10,667 nt of DNA from Candidatus Latescibacterota bacterium (GCA_965205655.1 CBDBIJ010000095.1:1-10667); one strand, 5' to 3'. Positions 1 to 8,165 are shown, numbered from the stretch's first letter. The notes: generated by a model not told the origin, from the sequence alone. Numbers and translations: made by a program.

Positions 1-52
1 GCGGCTGCTGCCGGTCAGATTCGTACCGATGACGGGTGCGGCGCTGAAATAG
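1..52 (+). CDS. pcm: 3' end of a convergent gene, probably protein-L-isoaspartate O-methyltransferase (partial)
   Basis: The frame starting at base 2 reads RLLPVRFVPMTGAALK* (TAG 50-52). LLPVRFVPM(TG) resembles the characteristic C-terminal motif of bacterial Pcm/PIMT. Only 16 codons are visible, and it is not in the ORF track. Confidence 0.65.
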   Translation, partial: RLLPVRFVPMTGAALK

Positions 53-66
53 GGAGCCTCGCCGCA

Positions 67-103
67 CGACTTCTAACCGCGTCGTTGCCGCGGTTAGAAG
101 TCG
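67..103. terminator. Perfect inverted repeat between convergent genes; probable bidirectional terminator or 3' stabilising stem-loop
   Basis: CGACTTCTAACCGCG (67-81), 7-nt loop TCGTTGC (82-88), CGCGGTTAGAAGTCG (89-103): a 15-bp perfect stem. It lies after the + strand stop (52) and overlaps the minus-strand stop (94-96). No U-tract on either side. Confidence 0.6.
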
Positions 104-1065
104 CCGGCTACCGAGACGCGATGGACGTCGCCGAGTGCGGGGAAAGACGAGAAGGCGTAGTCGATCCGGTACTTCTGAAAGACGAGACCGGCACCCGCCG
201 TCAGCCCGAGGGGCTCGTCTCCCTCGAGACCGCTCTGCTGCAGGCTGTACCCGGGACGCACGTAGAGGCCGCTGTCAATCTGCATTTCGGCGCCGAAGGT
301 CAGGTAGGCGTCATTGTCATTCGGCACGTTGAGATCGGCGAGCAGCATGAGCGGTCGCGGTGCGTGCGCCGGACGATGGCTGAGTCCGAATCGCATTATG
401 ACCGGCAACGAATCTTTGAACCCATCCCTAAAGCCGCTGCGAACCGTGCCGATGTTGAGCAACGAAGCGCCGAGATCCATGCCGTCGAGCGGTCCCGGTG
501 CCAGCACGCCGAGGTCGACGACGTAGGCATCGGAGGTGTAGTCGTCGATGCTGGAATAGATCGCCTTGAAATTGACGCCCACCGTCAGTCGCCGATTCCA
601 CACCGGCTGGGCGGCGGTGATGTACGTCGCCATGTCGAAAGCGCCAAAGGTACCCAGGTCGGCGCCGTCGACGTCGGTGCGACGCATGGTGCCGTAGGTC
701 ACGTAGTTGACGCTGAGAGCCCAGGTGCGATTGTCACCGGGAGACGCCACACTCAGGAATCCCGCCTCCGTGTCGACGAGGTAGCTCGTCAGCGACAGGA
801 CGCCGCTGCGTTGGTCCACACCGTGGAGACCAGCCGGATTCCAGGAGCTCGCCTCGAGGTCGCCGCGCACGGCGGTGAAAGCGCCGCCGAGGGCTGTGGG
901 CCGGGCGCCGACGCCGATCTTCAGGAAATTGAAGCCGGTTGTGCCGGCGCTGTCACTGATCGCCGACGCCGGATCTGCTGTCAGCGCCCCGGCGAGGAAG
1001 GTCAGCATGGCCGCGGAGGTTCCGCGCCAGACGGAATTGTTAGATCGCCATTTCATGTTGTTCAA
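94..1065 (-). CDS. PorV/PorQ-like (UPF0164, FadL-related) outer-membrane beta-barrel protein
   Basis: 323 aa. Sec-type signal peptide ending in PASA. N-terminal motif FLKIGVGARPTALGGAFTAV...SSWNPAGL is typical of this family. Alternating beta-strand pattern and C-terminal Phe (HRVSVAGDF). TTG start with GAGGA 9 nt upstream; ATG at 1056 is an alternative. Confidence 0.8.
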   Translation of the reverse strand: MNNMKWRSNNSVWRGTSAAMLTFLAGALTADPASAISDSAGTTGFNFLKIGVGARPTALGGAFTAVRGDLEASSWNPAGLHGVDQRSGVLSLTSYLVDTEAGFLSVASPGDNRTWALSVNYVTYGTMRRTDVDGADLGTFGAFDMATYITAAQPVWNRRLTVGVNFKAIYSSIDDYTSDAYVVDLGVLAPGPLDGMDLGASLLNIGTVRSGFRDGFKDSLPVIMRFGLSHRPAHAPRPLMLLADLNVPNDNDAYLTFGAEMQIDSGLYVRPGYSLQQSGLEGDEPLGLTAGAGLVFQKYRIDYAFSSFPALGDVHRVSVAGDF

Positions 1066-1077
1066 TTTCAGTGTTCC

Positions 1078-2526
1078 TCAAGTCTGAATCAGCTCGAGAC
1101 CGCGGGCCGCCGTCAGGAGTTTAGCCTCCTCGAAGGGGGCCGCCAGGAGCTGGGCACCTATCGGCAACCCCTGGCTCGATGAGCCAAAAGGCACGCAGAT
1201 GCCGGGAATACCAGCGAGGTTGACGGACACCGTATAAATATCGTTCAAATACATCTGCAGCGCATTGTCGATCTGCTCGCCAAGGCGAAAAGCCGTCGTC
1301 GGCGCCACCGGCGAAAGCAGGACGTCACACATCTCGAAAGCGCGATCGAAGTCTCTCCTGATGAGGGTGCGCACCTTCTGGGCCTTCAGGTAGTAGGCGT
1401 CGTAATAGCCGGCGCTCAAGACATAGGTGCCGAGCATGATACGGCGTTTGACTTCGGCGCCGAATCCCTTGCTCCTGGTTTCTCTGTAGAGATCGAGGAG
1501 GCCGCCACCGTTCGGCTCGGCCCGGAATCCGTATTTGACGCCATCATAGCGGGAGAGATTTGCGGAGGCCTCGGCGGTTGCAATGATGTAGTAAGCGCCG
1601 ACACAGGAGTCCGGATTGCCGGCAACCGGGAGATCGATCTCGACGAGCTCCGCTCCGGCCGCCTCCATCAGCTCAGCAGCTCTCTCGATGGCCGTGCGAA
1701 TCTCCGGATCCAGTCCGGAGCCAAGATACTCGCTGGCCATGCCGATTCTTAGACCCCGCAGACCATCTTCGAGTTTCTCGCTATAATCCGGCACCGGCAG
1801 ATCAGCTGACGTCGCGTCGCGCCGGTCGTGTCCGGCGACAGCGCTCAGGAGCAGGGCGGCGTCCTCGACGTCTTTGGCGAGCGGTCCGACCTGGTCGAGA
1901 GACGAAGCGTAGGCGACGAGGCCGTAGCGGGAGACGCGGCCGTACGTCGGCTTCAGTCCGACGACGCCACAATAACCGGCCGGCTGTCGCACCGAACCGC
2001 CGGTATCCGAGCCGAGAGCGACAATCGTTTCGTCAGCAGCCACCGCCGCTGCCGAGCCGCCGCTGGAGCCCCCGGGAACACGCTCGGGATCAACCGGGTT
2101 GTGCGTTGCCCCGAAGTAGGAGTTCTCACAGGAGGATCCCATGGCGAACTCATCCATGTTCGTTTTGCCCACGAGCACGGCATCAGCCCGCCGCAGCTGT
2201 TGCACTGCCGTGGCGTCATAGGGGGCAACGTATTCGGAGAGGATGTGGGATCCGCAGGTCGTGCGTCCGCCGCGCACGCAGAGGACGTCCTTGACGGCGA
2301 CGGGAATGCCGGCAAGCGGACCGAGCTCTTCGCCGCGAGCCAGTTTTTCGTCTACTGCCGCAGCCTGTGCGAGGGCTCCCTCATCGTCGATGCTGATGAA
2401 GGCGTTGATCGTCGGTTCGCAGCGGGCGATGGAATCGAGCACGGCGCGGGTCACTTCGACAGACGAGACATCTCCGCTGCGAAATTGAGCGCCAATTTCG
2501 TGGGCCGTGAGTTGATTCAGCTGCAT
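1078..2526 (-). CDS. gatA: Asp-tRNA(Asn)/Glu-tRNA(Gln) amidotransferase subunit A
   Basis: 482 aa. Amidase signature: catalytic Lys in PVAVKD, GKTNMDEFAMGSS, PGGSSGGSAAAVA, GSDTGGSVRQPA. GatA-specific segments EASANLSRYDGVKYG and FGAEVKRRIMLGTYVLSAGYYDAYYLKAQKVR. Confidence 0.97.
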   Translation of the reverse strand: MQLNQLTAHEIGAQFRSGDVSSVEVTRAVLDSIARCEPTINAFISIDDEGALAQAAAVDEKLARGEELGPLAGIPVAVKDVLCVRGGRTTCGSHILSEYVAPYDATAVQQLRRADAVLVGKTNMDEFAMGSSCENSYFGATHNPVDPERVPGGSSGGSAAAVAADETIVALGSDTGGSVRQPAGYCGVVGLKPTYGRVSRYGLVAYASSLDQVGPLAKDVEDAALLLSAVAGHDRRDATSADLPVPDYSEKLEDGLRGLRIGMASEYLGSGLDPEIRTAIERAAELMEAAGAELVEIDLPVAGNPDSCVGAYYIIATAEASANLSRYDGVKYGFRAEPNGGGLLDLYRETRSKGFGAEVKRRIMLGTYVLSAGYYDAYYLKAQKVRTLIRRDFDRAFEMCDVLLSPVAPTTAFRLGEQIDNALQMYLNDIYTVSVNLAGIPGICVPFGSSSQGLPIGAQLLAAPFEEAKLLTAARGLELIQT

Positions 2527-2534
2527 CGAGGGTG

Positions 2535-2846
2535 TTACTGCGGTGCCTGCTTCTCCTGCTCGGATGGCTGCGCTTCGGACGCCTGCGGCTGGGACGGCGC
2601 GTCCTGAGCGGCTGTTGCAGTTTCGCGGGCAACCTGCTCTGCCGGCGCTTCCGGTTTCGGCGCAATGTTGTTTGCCGCTCCAGAGCCAGCAGGCGCGTCG
2701 ATATCTTCCTGCACGTCGCGCATCGCCTTCCTGAACTCGCGAATGCCCTTACCGAGTCCCTGAGCCATTTCGGGAATGCGCTTCGCACCAAAAAGCAGCA
2801 GCACGACGACGAAGATGATGAGTATTTCCCAATGGCTCGGCCACAT
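2535..2846 (-). CDS. tatA: Twin-arginine translocase subunit TatA/E
   Basis: 103 aa. [36 protein letters not shown] gives the TM helix, FG hinge and amphipathic helix, followed by an A/P/Q/E-rich disordered tail. GGAGG SD just upstream of the ATG. Confidence 0.95.
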   Translation of the reverse strand: MWPSHWEILIIFVVVLLLFGAKRIPEMAQGLGKGIREFRKAMRDVQEDIDAPAGSGAANNIAPKPEAPAEQVARETATAAQDAPSQPQASEAQPSEQEKQAPQ

Positions 2847-2870
2847 GGCGATCCTCCAGTAGACGCCTGG

Positions 2871-3155
2871 TCAGTACGAGTACTTAAAGTAGTACCAACC
2901 GACGAGAATTCCCAGCAGGGTGATGACGTTGAAATTGAGAGAGAGCTCGAAAGAGAAAGACAGGATTATCAGATTCAACATATGGGGGCCAATCTGGTAA
3001 GCCACATAGTCGAGCAGGGCGCGTTCGACGATCGTGCCGTCGCCGGCAATGAAAATGAGAATTTTGCGAAGCGCCTCGCCAACGATATTGGCACCCAGAA
3101 TGCTGACGAACAAGATGATCACCAGGTGGCTGACCGGCTTGTCCTTCAGCGACAT
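2871..3155 (-). CDS. Small membrane protein, DUF4321-like
   Basis: 94 aa with hydrophobic N- and C-terminal helices. The C-terminal pattern P..LNLIILSFSFELSLNFNVITLLGILVG resembles DUF4321 as I recall it. Fits the gap between pssA and tatA on the operon strand. Confidence 0.7.
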   Translation of the reverse strand: MSLKDKPVSHLVIILFVSILGANIVGEALRKILIFIAGDGTIVERALLDYVAYQIGPHMLNLIILSFSFELSLNFNVITLLGILVGWYYFKYSY

Positions 3156-3171
3156 CCCGCACGTCCAGTGG

Positions 3172-3891
3172 TCATGTGATCTCTGCAGCCTCGTCGCCGA
3201 TCAGTCCACTGATCCAGCGATAAATTCCCGACAGCAGGTAGATGCCAACGAGCGGGAAAAAGTACTCTTTCGACATGCTCGGCAGGATGATGAGCACAAC
3301 GGCGACAATAAAACAAGTCTGCTTGAAACGATCCCAGAATGTCGTCGAACGGAAATCAGGCATCGGATCGTACTCGACGCGGCTCACCATCAGGAATGAT
3401 AATGCCAGGACAAAGAGAAAACCCAACGTCGCGGCGTGTGTCGTTTCCCAGGCGTGTTCGGTGAAAACGACATACTGACTCAGAGCGACTGCGGCGAGGG
3501 GGATCGGCAGACCGGTGAAGAATCCGGATTTCTCTTCATCGTCCTTACGAGCCGAAATGTTGTAGCGCGCCAGGCGCAATGCCCCACACAGCAGAAAGAT
3601 GAAGGCGATGGTCAAACCCCACTGCGAGCGCAGCAGGCTGTGGTAGATCATGAAGGCCGGCACCAGGCCGAAGGTGCAGACGTCGACGAGCGAGTCGAAC
3701 TCGATGCCAAAATCAGAGTCCTTGCCCACGAGGCGGGCGATGCGTCCGTCGAGCTTGTCGAGGGCGGCTCCGAGGACGATGAGCCAAGCTGCGGGCACGT
3801 ATTTTCCCTGCATGACATAGTGCATGGCCAGGAAGCCGCAGAACAGATTGCCCACTGTGAAGATGTTTGGCAACAACGCTCTGTACATCAT
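3172..3891 (-). CDS. pssA: CDP-diacylglycerol--serine O-phosphatidyltransferase (type II phosphatidylserine synthase)
   Basis: 239 aa. LPNIFTVGNLFCG, CDP-alcohol phosphotransferase motif DKLDGRIAR...FGIEFDSLVD, LRLARYN, FFTGLPIP and LMVS. Start overlaps the psd stop (ATGA). Confidence 0.95.
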   Translation of the reverse strand: MMYRALLPNIFTVGNLFCGFLAMHYVMQGKYVPAAWLIVLGAALDKLDGRIARLVGKDSDFGIEFDSLVDVCTFGLVPAFMIYHSLLRSQWGLTIAFIFLLCGALRLARYNISARKDDEEKSGFFTGLPIPLAAVALSQYVVFTEHAWETTHAATLGFLFVLALSFLMVSRVEYDPMPDFRSTTFWDRFKQTCFIVAVVLIILPSMSKEYFFPLVGIYLLSGIYRWISGLIGDEAAEIT

Positions 3892-4529
3892 ACGCCGTAC
3901 ACTCCGATTACCGTTTCCCCGCCTTTGACGCGGTCGCCAACGCCAACCTCGATGCGCGTGCCCGAGGGCAGGATGTGCTCGACCCGAGAACCGAAGCGAA
4001 TGAGACCAAACCGCTCTCCAAGACCCAGCTCGTCACCCGAAGCCGGGTAACAGACGATGCGTCGCGCCAGAACGCCGACAATCTGCTTGACGACGAGGCG
4101 CATCGAGCCGTTGCTGATGCCGACCGCACTGTGCTCGTTCTCCGCCGAGGCGGCCTCCGTATAGGCGGCGCGAAAGCGACCGCGGTGCCAGTCTACAAAG
4201 TCGACTTGACCGGCGATCGGCGCACGATTGATATGGACGTCGAGGGGAGACAGGAACACGCTCACCTTGACTCCGGCGCCGCCCAGGTACTCCTGGCGCT
4301 CATCAACAGTTTCGACGCCCACCACGCGGCCATCGGCAGCCGACACGATCGCGCCCGCCGTCGCTGGCGGCATTCTCGGCGGGTCGCGAAAAAAGAACAT
4401 CATGAACCCGGCGATGACGACAAAAAGGACCGTGCCGTACTCGAGCGCCGGGAACGACTGCGCGGCGATGAGGAAGAGGATGGCCAGGGCCAGACAAATC
4501 CCGACAAAAGGCAACCCTTCCTTCGCCAT
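3888..4529 (-). CDS. psd: Phosphatidylserine decarboxylase proenzyme (short type)
   Basis: 213 aa. FFFRDPPR, SAADGRV, VFLSPLDVHINRAP, and the self-cleavage motif GLIRFGSRV. Start overlaps the protease stop (TGATG). Adjacent to pssA. Confidence 0.95.
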   Translation of the reverse strand: MAKEGLPFVGICLALAILFLIAAQSFPALEYGTVLFVVIAGFMMFFFRDPPRMPPATAGAIVSAADGRVVGVETVDERQEYLGGAGVKVSVFLSPLDVHINRAPIAGQVDFVDWHRGRFRAAYTEAASAENEHSAVGISNGSMRLVVKQIVGVLARRIVCYPASGDELGLGERFGLIRFGSRVEHILPSGTRIEVGVGDRVKGGETVIGVYGV

Positions 4530-5665
4530 CAGTAGCGCCTCGATCTCGCCTGCGCTGCATCTCCCATTATAAACGAGATCGTCCTGCCCTGCCCGTCACC
4601 GGCGAGCTTCAAAGAGCATTTCTCGCCAACCCGCAGGCGCTGCAACATGCCCTTGGCCTCTTCGGCTGTGCGTACGATCTCGTCGTTGATCTCCAGAATG
4701 ACGTCACCGCGGCCGAGATCAGCCTCGTACGCGGGTGATCCGACTGCCACTCTGTCGACGTACGCGCCATCCGTGCCCGGCAAGCCGAGATACCGGACGA
4801 GTCCCTCCGTCAAAGAGCGCAAACCGAGAATGCCGTGCCAAGGACGCCTGACCTTGCCATAGGCCGCGATTTCATCGAGAAATCGACGCGCGGCATCGAT
4901 CGGGATGGCAAAACCGATGCCGATGGAGCCCCTGTTGGAGTCGTTGTCCGTATAGATGAAGCTGTTGATGCCGATAACCTGGCCCAGGGCGTTCACGAGG
5001 GGGCCGCCGCTGTTGCCCGGGTTGATCGTCGCGTCCGTCTGGATCATGTCCCGGTAATAATAGTCCCCCTTCGGCGCGCCAAAATCCTTGTCCAGGGCAC
5101 CGACAATGCCGGCGCTGGCAGTGACGCCGAGGTCGAATGGATTGCCGATCGCGATCGCCCATTCACCCACCAGAATATCGCCCGCCGCGCCGAGGGGCGC
5201 AACCGGCAAATCTGACGCATCTACTTTAAGTACAGCTAGATCCACGAAGTAGTCGGAGCCCACATGGCGGGCCTCGAGCTCCCGTCCATCCTCGAGATTG
5301 ACGATGATGCGGACGGCTCGTTCGCCGACGACATGGTCGTTCGTCAGGATGGTGCCACTGTCGTCGACGATGAAGCCGGAACCGGCAGTCACCTTGTCGC
5401 GCTCGCCGCCGTACCAGAACCAGGGTGGGGCGAGGAGATCAAAGAAGGGGTCACGCCGCGAGCGGTAGTAGACGGCCTCCCGGTGCACGGCGTGAATGCT
5501 GACGACGGCGGGCTTGACCTTTTCGATGGCGCGCACGATGGCCGTGCGCCTGGAGTCATCGAGGGATTCAGAGGCACCTGCCGACGAGAAAAGCAGACCG
5601 ACGGTTGCAACAACCGTAAGAAAGGCTCGAGAAATCATTGGAGTCTGTAGGGCGAGTATACACAT
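4529..5665 (-). CDS. HtrA/DegP/DegS-family trypsin-like serine protease with one PDZ domain
   Basis: 378 aa. Signal or anchor helix, GSGFIV, catalytic triad in LTNDHVV / DLAVLK / INPGNSGGPL, IGFAIP, single PDZ (GSPAYEADLGRGDVILEIN). Alternative start at ATG 5638. Confidence 0.93.
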   Translation of the reverse strand: MCILALQTPMISRAFLTVVATVGLLFSSAGASESLDDSRRTAIVRAIEKVKPAVVSIHAVHREAVYYRSRRDPFFDLLAPPWFWYGGERDKVTAGSGFIVDDSGTILTNDHVVGERAVRIIVNLEDGRELEARHVGSDYFVDLAVLKVDASDLPVAPLGAAGDILVGEWAIAIGNPFDLGVTASAGIVGALDKDFGAPKGDYYYRDMIQTDATINPGNSGGPLVNALGQVIGINSFIYTDNDSNRGSIGIGFAIPIDAARRFLDEIAAYGKVRRPWHGILGLRSLTEGLVRYLGLPGTDGAYVDRVAVGSPAYEADLGRGDVILEINDEIVRTAEEAKGMLQRLRVGEKCSLKLAGDGQGRTISFIMGDAAQARSRRY

Positions 5666-5668
5666 CGG

Positions 5669-6424
5669 TCAATCGTCCGGATAGCGGACCCAGAGCAGGC
5701 AGAGGCCGTGTGCGGGGGCCGTCTGGCCGGCATCAGAGCGGTCTGAGCTGGCGTTCCGCAGGAGACTGGCAAAATCGACGGGACGCAGGCGACCTTCCCC
5801 GACATCGACGAGGGTGCCGACGATGATCCTGACCATGTGGCGCAGAAACCTGTTCGCCTCGATCTCGAAGCTGATCTCCGTGCACTCCCGCTTCAGACAG
5901 GCGTCGAGAACGTCACAGTCGTAGCTGTCGGGAACGGGATCGCTGTTGCAGAAGGCGCGGAATGAATGCACCCCCTTCAAAAGCGCCAGGCTCGCCTCCT
6001 CCATGGCGGAAAAGTCGAGGTCACGGTAGAGGCTCCAGACGAACCCGCGCTCGAGGGGCGCTTTCCGCGTGTCAATGCGGTAGCGATAGCGCTTGCTGAG
6101 GGCGCTGTAACGGGCGTGAAACTCCGCATCCACTTCGCGGGCGGCGGTGACGGCCACGTCTTCGGGGAGGAGGCTGTTGAGCGCTCGCACCATCCTGTCG
6201 ATGTGGTGATCGGAATCGGTGCGGAAATGCGCCACCTGACCCAGCGCGTGGGTGCCGGCGTCAGTTCGCCCCGCCGCCACGGGCACGACTTCCTCCTGAA
6301 GGAAGGCGCTCAGGCAGCGGGCGAGCTCCCCCTGGACGCTGCGTCCCTGTCTCTGAATCTGCCAGCCGACGAAGTCGGCGCCGTCGTACTCGAGGTCGAG
6401 GCGGATGGTGCGAGATCCCTCCAC
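5669..6424 (-). CDS. truA: tRNA pseudouridine(38-40) synthase TruA
   Basis: LEYDGADFVGWQIQ, SVQGEL, AGRTDAGTHALGQV (catalytic Asp), FHARYSA, RFLRHMVRIIVG, TAPAHGLCL. I chose the GTG start at 6424, 13 nt past the ecfT stop. The track's TTG start at 6466 would overlap ecfT. Confidence 0.95.
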   Translation of the reverse strand: MEGSRTIRLDLEYDGADFVGWQIQRQGRSVQGELARCLSAFLQEEVVPVAAGRTDAGTHALGQVAHFRTDSDHHIDRMVRALNSLLPEDVAVTAAREVDAEFHARYSALSKRYRYRIDTRKAPLERGFVWSLYRDLDFSAMEEASLALLKGVHSFRAFCNSDPVPDSYDCDVLDACLKRECTEISFEIEANRFLRHMVRIIVGTLVDVGEGRLRPVDFASLLRNASSDRSDAGQTAPAHGLCLLWVRYPDD

Positions 6425-6437
6425 GGCAAGCAGGGCC

Positions 6438-7238
6438 TTACGGAGCGCTAAAGGTGACAGCGGCAATGATGGTCAGGACCAACAGGCCCGCCGCCAGATC
6501 TCCCGAGCCGAAAGACAGCTCCCGGAAGGTCGTGCGCGCGATCCCGCAGCCGTACGCGCGACTTTCCATGGCCAGGGCGAGCCGGTCAGCGCGGTCGAAA
6601 GCGGAAACGAGGAGCGGCACGATGAGGGGTACGAGCTGGCGCGCCCGGCGCATCGGTCCGCCGCCAAAATCGGCGCCCCGGGCGAGCTGCGCTTTGCGCA
6701 GACGTTCGGCCTCATCGAGAAGGACGGGGATGAACCTGATCGAGATGGTCACCATCATGGCGAACTCGTGGGTGGGAAAGCCGATCCGGCCCAACGGTCC
6801 CAACAAGCGCTCGATGCCGTCCGTGAGCTCCATGGGCGTCGTCGTCAGGGTCATGAGCGAAGCGAGCGAGATGGCGATAGCGAGCCGGCCGCAGAGCAGA
6901 AGTCCGTACGCAGTCCCTTCGCGCGTCACACTGAGGTCAAAAACCGGCACGTACCACAGCGTGCTGCCAGGGGTCAGCACCGCGTGCAGGACGAAGGTGA
7001 AAGCGAAGAGCCACAAAAAAGGCCGCAAGCTTCTGAGAAGGAGCGTTGCCGGAATGCGGGAGAGCCCGGCGGCCAGCACTGCAACTACACTGCAGGCGGC
7101 TATGACAACTGTTGAATTGACGGCAAAGAGGGTGATGGTCAGGGCAATGGTGGCGACCATTTTCGTGCGCGGGTCGAGGTCGTGAACGGGCGAGTCGACC
7201 TGCACGTACCTGCCCATGGCGATGTCTCGCACAGCCAC
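6438..7238 (-). CDS. ecfT: Energy-coupling factor transporter transmembrane component T (EcfT/CbiQ family)
   Basis: 266 aa. GRYVQVDSPVHDLDPRTK, multiple TM helices, LTTTPMELTDGIE, RFIPVLLDEAERLRKAQLARG and LAMESRAY (both X-R-X coupling motifs). GGAGGA SD precedes the GTG start. Confidence 0.93.
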   Translation of the reverse strand: MAVRDIAMGRYVQVDSPVHDLDPRTKMVATIALTITLFAVNSTVVIAACSVVAVLAAGLSRIPATLLLRSLRPFLWLFAFTFVLHAVLTPGSTLWYVPVFDLSVTREGTAYGLLLCGRLAIAISLASLMTLTTTPMELTDGIERLLGPLGRIGFPTHEFAMMVTISIRFIPVLLDEAERLRKAQLARGADFGGGPMRRARQLVPLIVPLLVSAFDRADRLALAMESRAYGCGIARTTFRELSFGSGDLAAGLLVLTIIAAVTFSAP

Positions 7239-7241
7239 CGG

Positions 7242-8165
7242 TCATCCTCCGCGCGAGGGCGGAACGGAGTCCGTCCGCCTGGAGTAGATTTCCGTCGTCG
7301 TCTGGTCTGCGTGTCCGAGGAACTCTTGCAGTGAGCGCAGATCGAGACCGCCTTCGAGCAGGTGGCGGGCGCATGAATGTCGCAACGTGTTCGGGCTCAC
7401 GGTCGGATCGATTCCCGCTTTCAGAGCAGCTGCCCTGATGATTCTCCAGACCGACATGCGCGATAGCGCGCGGCCACGGATGCTGAGGAAGAAGATCGAG
7501 CCCAAGTCCGCCCCGGCAAAATGCGGACGCCCCTCGCGGGCATAGCGGTCGAGCCAGAGAGCCGCCTGTCTGCCGATCGGCACGCGGCGCCGGCGATCAC
7601 CACGCCCCTGCACCAGCACACAGCGAATGCCGAGATCGAGGCAGCTCACCTGCAGCGCTATGAGCTCGGAGACCCGCAATCCCGCCGCGTAGAGCAACTC
7701 GAGAATGGCGCGGTCTCGGAGCGGGATCGGTCCCGCACCGCCGGCGGCATCGACGAGCAAGCGCGCGTCGTCGACGCTGAGCGCGTGCGGCGGCGGGCGC
7801 TCGACAGTCACGGCATCGAGTCCGGCTGTGGGGTCGTGGCCACACAGATTGCGGGTGATGAGAAACGCGTGAAAGCGTCGGATGGCGGAGGTGCTGCGGG
7901 CGACGGAGGAGGAACTGAATCCGCGGTTCAGCAACGTTTCCGCGTGGGCCTCGACATCGCGGTGGCTGACGTCGTTCGGCGTGGAGATCCGCGCCCCTTT
8001 GAGGTGATCGGTGTAGCGGCCGAGATCGCGGCCGTACGCGGCGCGTGTCCCCGCTGTCAGTCCGCGCTCTTCGAGCGAGGTCAGGAACTGCTCGGCAAGT
8101 GCTTTCAGTTCGTCGGGCTGGGACCGAATCGTCTCGTCACTGGGGTTTGAGGCGGACTTTGTCAT
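7242..8165 (-). CDS. XerC/XerD-like tyrosine recombinase (divergent active site)
   Basis: 307 aa from ATG 8165; the track's start at 8312 lies deep inside ogt. N-terminal SAM-like domain (TRAAYGRDL, SVARSTSAIRRFHAFL), LRDRAILELLYAAGLRVSEL, SPNTLRHSCARHLLEGG, LQEFLGHAD..TTEIY. Closest in pattern to XerD, but symbol withheld because of the motif deviations. Confidence 0.88.
   Translation of the reverse strand: MTKSASNPSDETIRSQPDELKALAEQFLTSLEERGLTAGTRAAYGRDLGRYTDHLKGARISTPNDVSHRDVEAHAETLLNRGFSSSSVARSTSAIRRFHAFLITRNLCGHDPTAGLDAVTVERPPPHALSVDDARLLVDAAGGAGPIPLRDRAILELLYAAGLRVSELIALQVSCLDLGIRCVLVQGRGDRRRRVPIGRQAALWLDRYAREGRPHFAGADLGSIFFLSIRGRALSRMSVWRIIRAAALKAGIDPTVSPNTLRHSCARHLLEGGLDLRSLQEFLGHADQTTTEIYSRRTDSVPPSRGG

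Noticed and set aside
960..1065. Barrel protein as a Tat substrate because tatA is nearby
   Set aside because: The signal peptide has no twin-arginine motif and looks Sec-type.
2535..2700. Quasi-repetitive A/P/Q/E/S-rich stretch
   Set aside because: It is the ordinary disordered TatA C-terminal tail, not a DNA repeat array.
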